A stretch of DNA of 64,000 nucleotides from Planctomycetota bacterium. GTDB lineage: Bacteria; Planctomycetota; UBA1135; UBA2386. Numbering within the stretch: position 1 is the first letter of the stretch; every line of letters starts with the position of its first letter. Both the position numbers and the translations under genes were made by a program. Positions 60,773 to 64,000 of this stretch are shown here, piece after piece. The DNA lies in assembly GCA_029936315.1 (NCBI GenBank), contig JAPYTD010000012.1, positions 15,455 to 79,454 on the forward strand. The letters are read 5' to 3'. Below the pieces are notes generated by a model. It was given only the letters and a program-made list of their open reading frames with translations, was not told the DNA's origin and made no database searches.

Positions 60773-62386
60773 CTAGCCCTTGACCAGTTCGGCTGGCTTA
60801 CCCGTTGCCTTGACGACGGGGATGCCGGCGCCGACTTGCCGAAGCCACGCGAACAGTTCTTCGCGGAGTTCGTTGCATCGCTTCGGTTGGGTCAACGCGA
60901 GGTTGTGTGCTTCGCTGAGATCGAGCGATAGATCGTAGAGTTCGACTCGCGGGTCTTCGCCCTGCTCATCCGCGACGCCATCGCCGTAGAAGTAGATGAG
61001 TTTGTAGCGGCCTTTGCGCATTGCGCTGAACGGCTCAATGCCGAGGCCCACGCCGACGTCCTTGTACCATTGGTGCGGGTAGTGCCAGAACAGCGGTCGG
61101 CTGCGTTCGAACGTTTGGCCACTGAGGAGGGGGCCTATGCTCTGGCCGTCGCGCTCGCGCTCGGGCACGGGGTGCTCGACGCCGACGACGTCGAGTACCG
61201 TTGGGAAGAAGTCGTCGGTGTGCACCGGTTCGGTGCAGACCGAGCCGGGGCGAATCGGAAGCGAAGCGTGAATCGCTTTGCTGCCGGGTTTCTGGCCGGC
61301 CCATGCGACCAGCATCGGGATGCGATAGCCGCCCTCATACGCGGATCCCTTGCCGCTCTTGAGTGGTCGATTGTGCCAGTCCCTTTGGAAGTTCGCTTCG
61401 ATGGCCTGTCCGGACGCAGTCTGCACGCGCACCTTGCCAACGCGTGCGCGCGCGTGGTTGGACAGGCCGCCGTTGTCCGACATGAAGAAGACGAGGGTGT
61501 TCTCCGCGACACTATCGCGCGGGTCCCCGTCGCCGTTTGGATCGCGCAGATGGGCAAGGATCGAGCCGAGGGACGCATCCATTGCTTCGAGCATCGAGGC
61601 GTAGTCCGCTTCGACCTTTGGCCGGCCGTCCTGATAGCCGTCGATGTATGCGGGCGCCGGCGCGATGCCGGTGTGCACGGCAAACTGCGCCATGTTGAGG
61701 AAGAAGGGCGCCTGGTCTTGGATTGCCTGGCCGATCGTTTCGATCGCCTTCACCGTGATCGCTCGGGTCAGGTATTCGCCCTTCGGACGGTCTTCCATGT
61801 TGGGATAGACGTCCTTGAACTTGCCGAGCCACGGCGAGATCCATCCGCCCCACGGGCCGCCGGTGTGCGACCCCGCGATGTTGATGTCGAAGCCGAGCGT
61901 CAACGGGTCTGCGCCAGCGGTGCCCTTGCCGCCGAAGTGCGCCTTGCCGACGTGGATCGTGCGGTATCCGTGGCCGGCGAGCACGGTTGGCAACGTCACG
62001 TGCGGCCCGTTTGGTTGCAGTCCGGTCGCCGCCCACTTGGGTGAGCGCACATAACGATTGCTGGTGTAGCCGTGACCAACCCAATCGTCGATGTGGCTAC
62101 GCGCTGGGTTCTTGCCGGTCATCATGCTCGTCCGCGTCGGCGAACAAACCGGGTGCGCGGCGTAGGCCTGCGTGAACTTCATGCCGCGCCGCGCCATGTC
62201 CTCCATGTGCGGCGTGCGGTAGAGCCGGTTCCACGGCGTTGGCTCTTTGGCGAAGGGCACCGAAGTGTCCTGCCACCCCATGTCATCCACCATGAACAGG
62301 ATGATGTTGGGTCGGGTCGGCTCCTGGCTCGGCGCATGACAAGCAAGCGCGAGGCCAGCAGCGAGAGGTAGCACAGGGAACTTCAT
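60773..62386 (-). CDS. Sulfatase (arylsulfatase A family, formylglycine-dependent)
   Basis: Has a signal peptide. PNIILFMVDDMGW and the CxPxR motif HPVCSPTRTSMMTG are present. Confidence 0.9.
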   Translation of the reverse strand: MKFPVLPLAAGLALACHAPSQEPTRPNIILFMVDDMGWQDTSVPFAKEPTPWNRLYRTPHMEDMARRGMKFTQAYAAHPVCSPTRTSMMTGKNPARSHIDDWVGHGYTSNRYVRSPKWAATGLQPNGPHVTLPTVLAGHGYRTIHVGKAHFGGKGTAGADPLTLGFDINIAGSHTGGPWGGWISPWLGKFKDVYPNMEDRPKGEYLTRAITVKAIETIGQAIQDQAPFFLNMAQFAVHTGIAPAPAYIDGYQDGRPKVEADYASMLEAMDASLGSILAHLRDPNGDGDPRDSVAENTLVFFMSDNGGLSNHARARVGKVRVQTASGQAIEANFQRDWHNRPLKSGKGSAYEGGYRIPMLVAWAGQKPGSKAIHASLPIRPGSVCTEPVHTDDFFPTVLDVVGVEHPVPERERDGQSIGPLLSGQTFERSRPLFWHYPHQWYKDVGVGLGIEPFSAMRKGRYKLIYFYGDGVADEQGEDPRVELYDLSLDLSEAHNLALTQPKRCNELREELFAWLRQVGAGIPVVKATGKPAELVKG

Positions 62387-62399
62387 GTCGGTATTTGGA

Positions 62400-64000
62400 C
62401 TACTCGACCCAGCGTCCCGCAGCTCGCAGCCGCTCGATCGCAGGCGCTGCGGCATCGTAGCCGCGGCGGTCGCCGAACTTCTGTGCCAGCGCGCCGATGG
62501 CCGTTTGACGGGCCGTGAGGTTGTCGCTCGTCAACATGGTGACGAGATCGATGCGGGCATCCTCATCGCCAAGCATCAGTCTGCTGCGAGCGGACGATGC
62601 GAGCAGCGGGTCGCCACTTGGAATGCTGTCCGGCAGCTTGCCGAACTGGGCGGTCTGGCGCACGCGGGCTTCGAACCGTCGCAGGGCAGGCAGGCATTCT
62701 TCATCGCCAACTTGTTCGAGCGTCGACGCGGCCCAGTGCGCCACTCCAAAGACCGGGTCGCGGAGGATTGGCAGCACGAACGCGGCGGCACGCTTGTCGC
62801 CTAGGCGTTGCATCGTGGCGAGGATCGAGGCCCGCTTGGCGGCAAAGCCCGGTGGGTACTTGAGTCCGCGGATCAGCGCCGGCAAGGCCTCCGTGCCGTG
62901 CGCGAGGATGCGATTGATCGTGGCCTGGTCGTTGTCGGCAGCGGGGATCAAGCCAGCGCCGCCACCGAGAGTCTTCACCAAATGGAAGGCCTCGCGATCG
63001 GTCGCGATGTCCGGTCGCGGCCAGTCGCGCGGTTGGAACTCGGCGCCGTCCTTGCTCCACCAGGCCTGTAGCCGACCGATCGCGTCGAGTCGACGTTCGC
63101 GCAGGTCCATGAGCTCGTAGCCCATGTGACGGCCGGTGACGCGCACGAACTGTTCGAAGCACAGTTCGCGGATCAGGTCATCTTCATAGTCGAGGTTGGC
63201 GAGCAACAGTGGCACGCCCGCCGTCGAGCCCAACTGTGCCAGTACGCCGGCGAGATCGATGTGCATCTCGACAAACGAACTGCGTCGCATTGCCGCTTCG
63301 ATCGCAGCAACGCTGTCACGGTCGTCTAGCTCCGCGAGCGCCATCGCAGCAGCGCGCACGACATCTGCATCGAACTCGGTGAGCAGAGCACGAATGGCTG
63401 GCGCAGAATCCCGTGCCACGAGGAGCGCCAGCAGCGTGGCGGTCGTAGTGCGATCCATCGCGTTTTTGGCGCGTAGCCCGGTCACGACCTCGGCGACGAA
63501 CACTGCTTTGTCGGTCGGTACCGGCAGTTCGCCGAGCAGCTCTCGGGCATGCAGGCGCACGTACAGGTTTTCGTGATTGAGCGCTTCACGGACCATTGGC
63601 ACCGCTGTGCGGCCAATGCGACGCAGCGTGATGATCGATTTGCCGAAGGTCTTGTTGTCCCACGAGCCGAGCGCTTCGATCAGCGCCGGCACGGCGGGCA
63701 CGCCGATCTCGACCAGTCGATCCATTGCCTTGCGGTTCGCTTCCGGCATCTGGAAGTTGAACAGGTCGACCAGTTCTTGGATCACCGCTGGCGAGTCGCC
63801 GGTGGGGATTACGAACGAGACGGTGCCGACCGGTGCCTGGGCAAGCTCGCCCAAATCGCTCGGGCTGGCGAGCCGTGGGTCGATGCCCTCCGGAGTCGCG
63901 ACGCCGACGTAGGTGTCGGATTCGACCTTGGCGTGGTTGGGTTCGATGTCGATGAAGACCAGTTGTCGCTTCTCGAGACGTCGCGCCAGCTCGGGATGAT
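62400..64000 (-). CDS. HEAT/PBS-lyase-like repeat protein (5' end outside the window)
   Basis: The frame is open from the window edge (HPELARRLEKRQLVFIDIEPNH...). Repeated units include RKAMDRLVEIGVPAVPALIEALGS, VVRAAAMALAELDD and HWAASTLEQVGDEE. The TTG at 63854 in the track is not the true start. Confidence 0.7.
   Translation of the reverse strand, partial: HPELARRLEKRQLVFIDIEPNHAKVESDTYVGVATPEGIDPRLASPSDLGELAQAPVGTVSFVIPTGDSPAVIQELVDLFNFQMPEANRKAMDRLVEIGVPAVPALIEALGSWDNKTFGKSIITLRRIGRTAVPMVREALNHENLYVRLHARELLGELPVPTDKAVFVAEVVTGLRAKNAMDRTTTATLLALLVARDSAPAIRALLTEFDADVVRAAAMALAELDDRDSVAAIEAAMRRSSFVEMHIDLAGVLAQLGSTAGVPLLLANLDYEDDLIRELCFEQFVRVTGRHMGYELMDLRERRLDAIGRLQAWWSKDGAEFQPRDWPRPDIATDREAFHLVKTLGGGAGLIPAADNDQATINRILAHGTEALPALIRGLKYPPGFAAKRASILATMQRLGDKRAAAFVLPILRDPVFGVAHWAASTLEQVGDEECLPALRRFEARVRQTAQFGKLPDSIPSGDPLLASSARSRLMLGDEDARIDLVTMLTSDNLTARQTAIGALAQKFGDRRGYDAAAPAIERLRAAGRWVE

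Noticed and set aside
61070-62044. 324-aa plus-strand ORF
   Set aside because: It is antisense to the sulfatase gene, which has an intact CxPxR motif. It is a shadow ORF.

Overview
This is a GC-rich, very gene-dense bacterial chromosomal segment. Same-strand genes often overlap by 4-8 nt, several convergent genes share stop codons, and there are many long antisense shadow ORFs, as expected at high GC. I found no rRNA, tRNA, CRISPR array, transposase, integrase, phage, reverse transcriptase or recognisable defence genes, so this reads as core chromosome rather than an island. By inference only, the gene repertoire looks Planctomycetota-like: sulfatase, DUF1570, HEAT-repeat proteins, an FG-GAP/VCBS protein, TAT-exported Gfo/Idh/MocA next to a PmoA-like DUF6807 protein, and giant Ig-like lipoproteins. 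Main blocks in order: (1) EEP and DUF72 genes plus two decayed LigD fragments flanking a MerR-TPR gene and a secreted FAD oxidoreductase, then a tri-domain SGNH esterase. (2) A 1010-aa surface lipoprotein. (3) A tightly coupled plus-strand run: ubiE/menG, CPBP protease, ubiX, UbiA-family prenyltransferase, holA-like, mutL. (4) Two hypothetical envelope proteins, thioredoxin-TPR, a FixJ-type response regulator, der, trkH. (5) DUF1570, a B12-radical SAM enzyme, GT4, a HEAT protein, psd, a LysM protein, trmO, argJ. (6) A 1172-aa polyglycine-containing lipoprotein. (7) A complete argR-argC-argB-argD-argF-argG-argH-GNAT operon with palindromic operators. (8) DUF218, a DUF2911-like protein, a TPR/unknown protein, exbD, an M17 aminopeptidase. 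(9) A TAT-exported PaoABC-like molybdoenzyme with a small 6-Cys protein. (10) DUF6807, TAT-Gfo/Idh/MocA and a cupin lipoprotein. (11) An FG-GAP protein, a sulfatase and a HEAT protein. I cannot point to one clear-cut novel system. The best candidates for undescribed biology are the two giant lipoproteins with unusually long leaders (especially the polyglycine one), the periplasmic DUF6807/Gfo/cupin module, the Pao-like cluster with a Cys-rich accessory ORF in place of a chaperone, and a nested stem-loop/pseudoknot element at 18607-18694. All functional calls come from motif recognition by eye. No database search was run.
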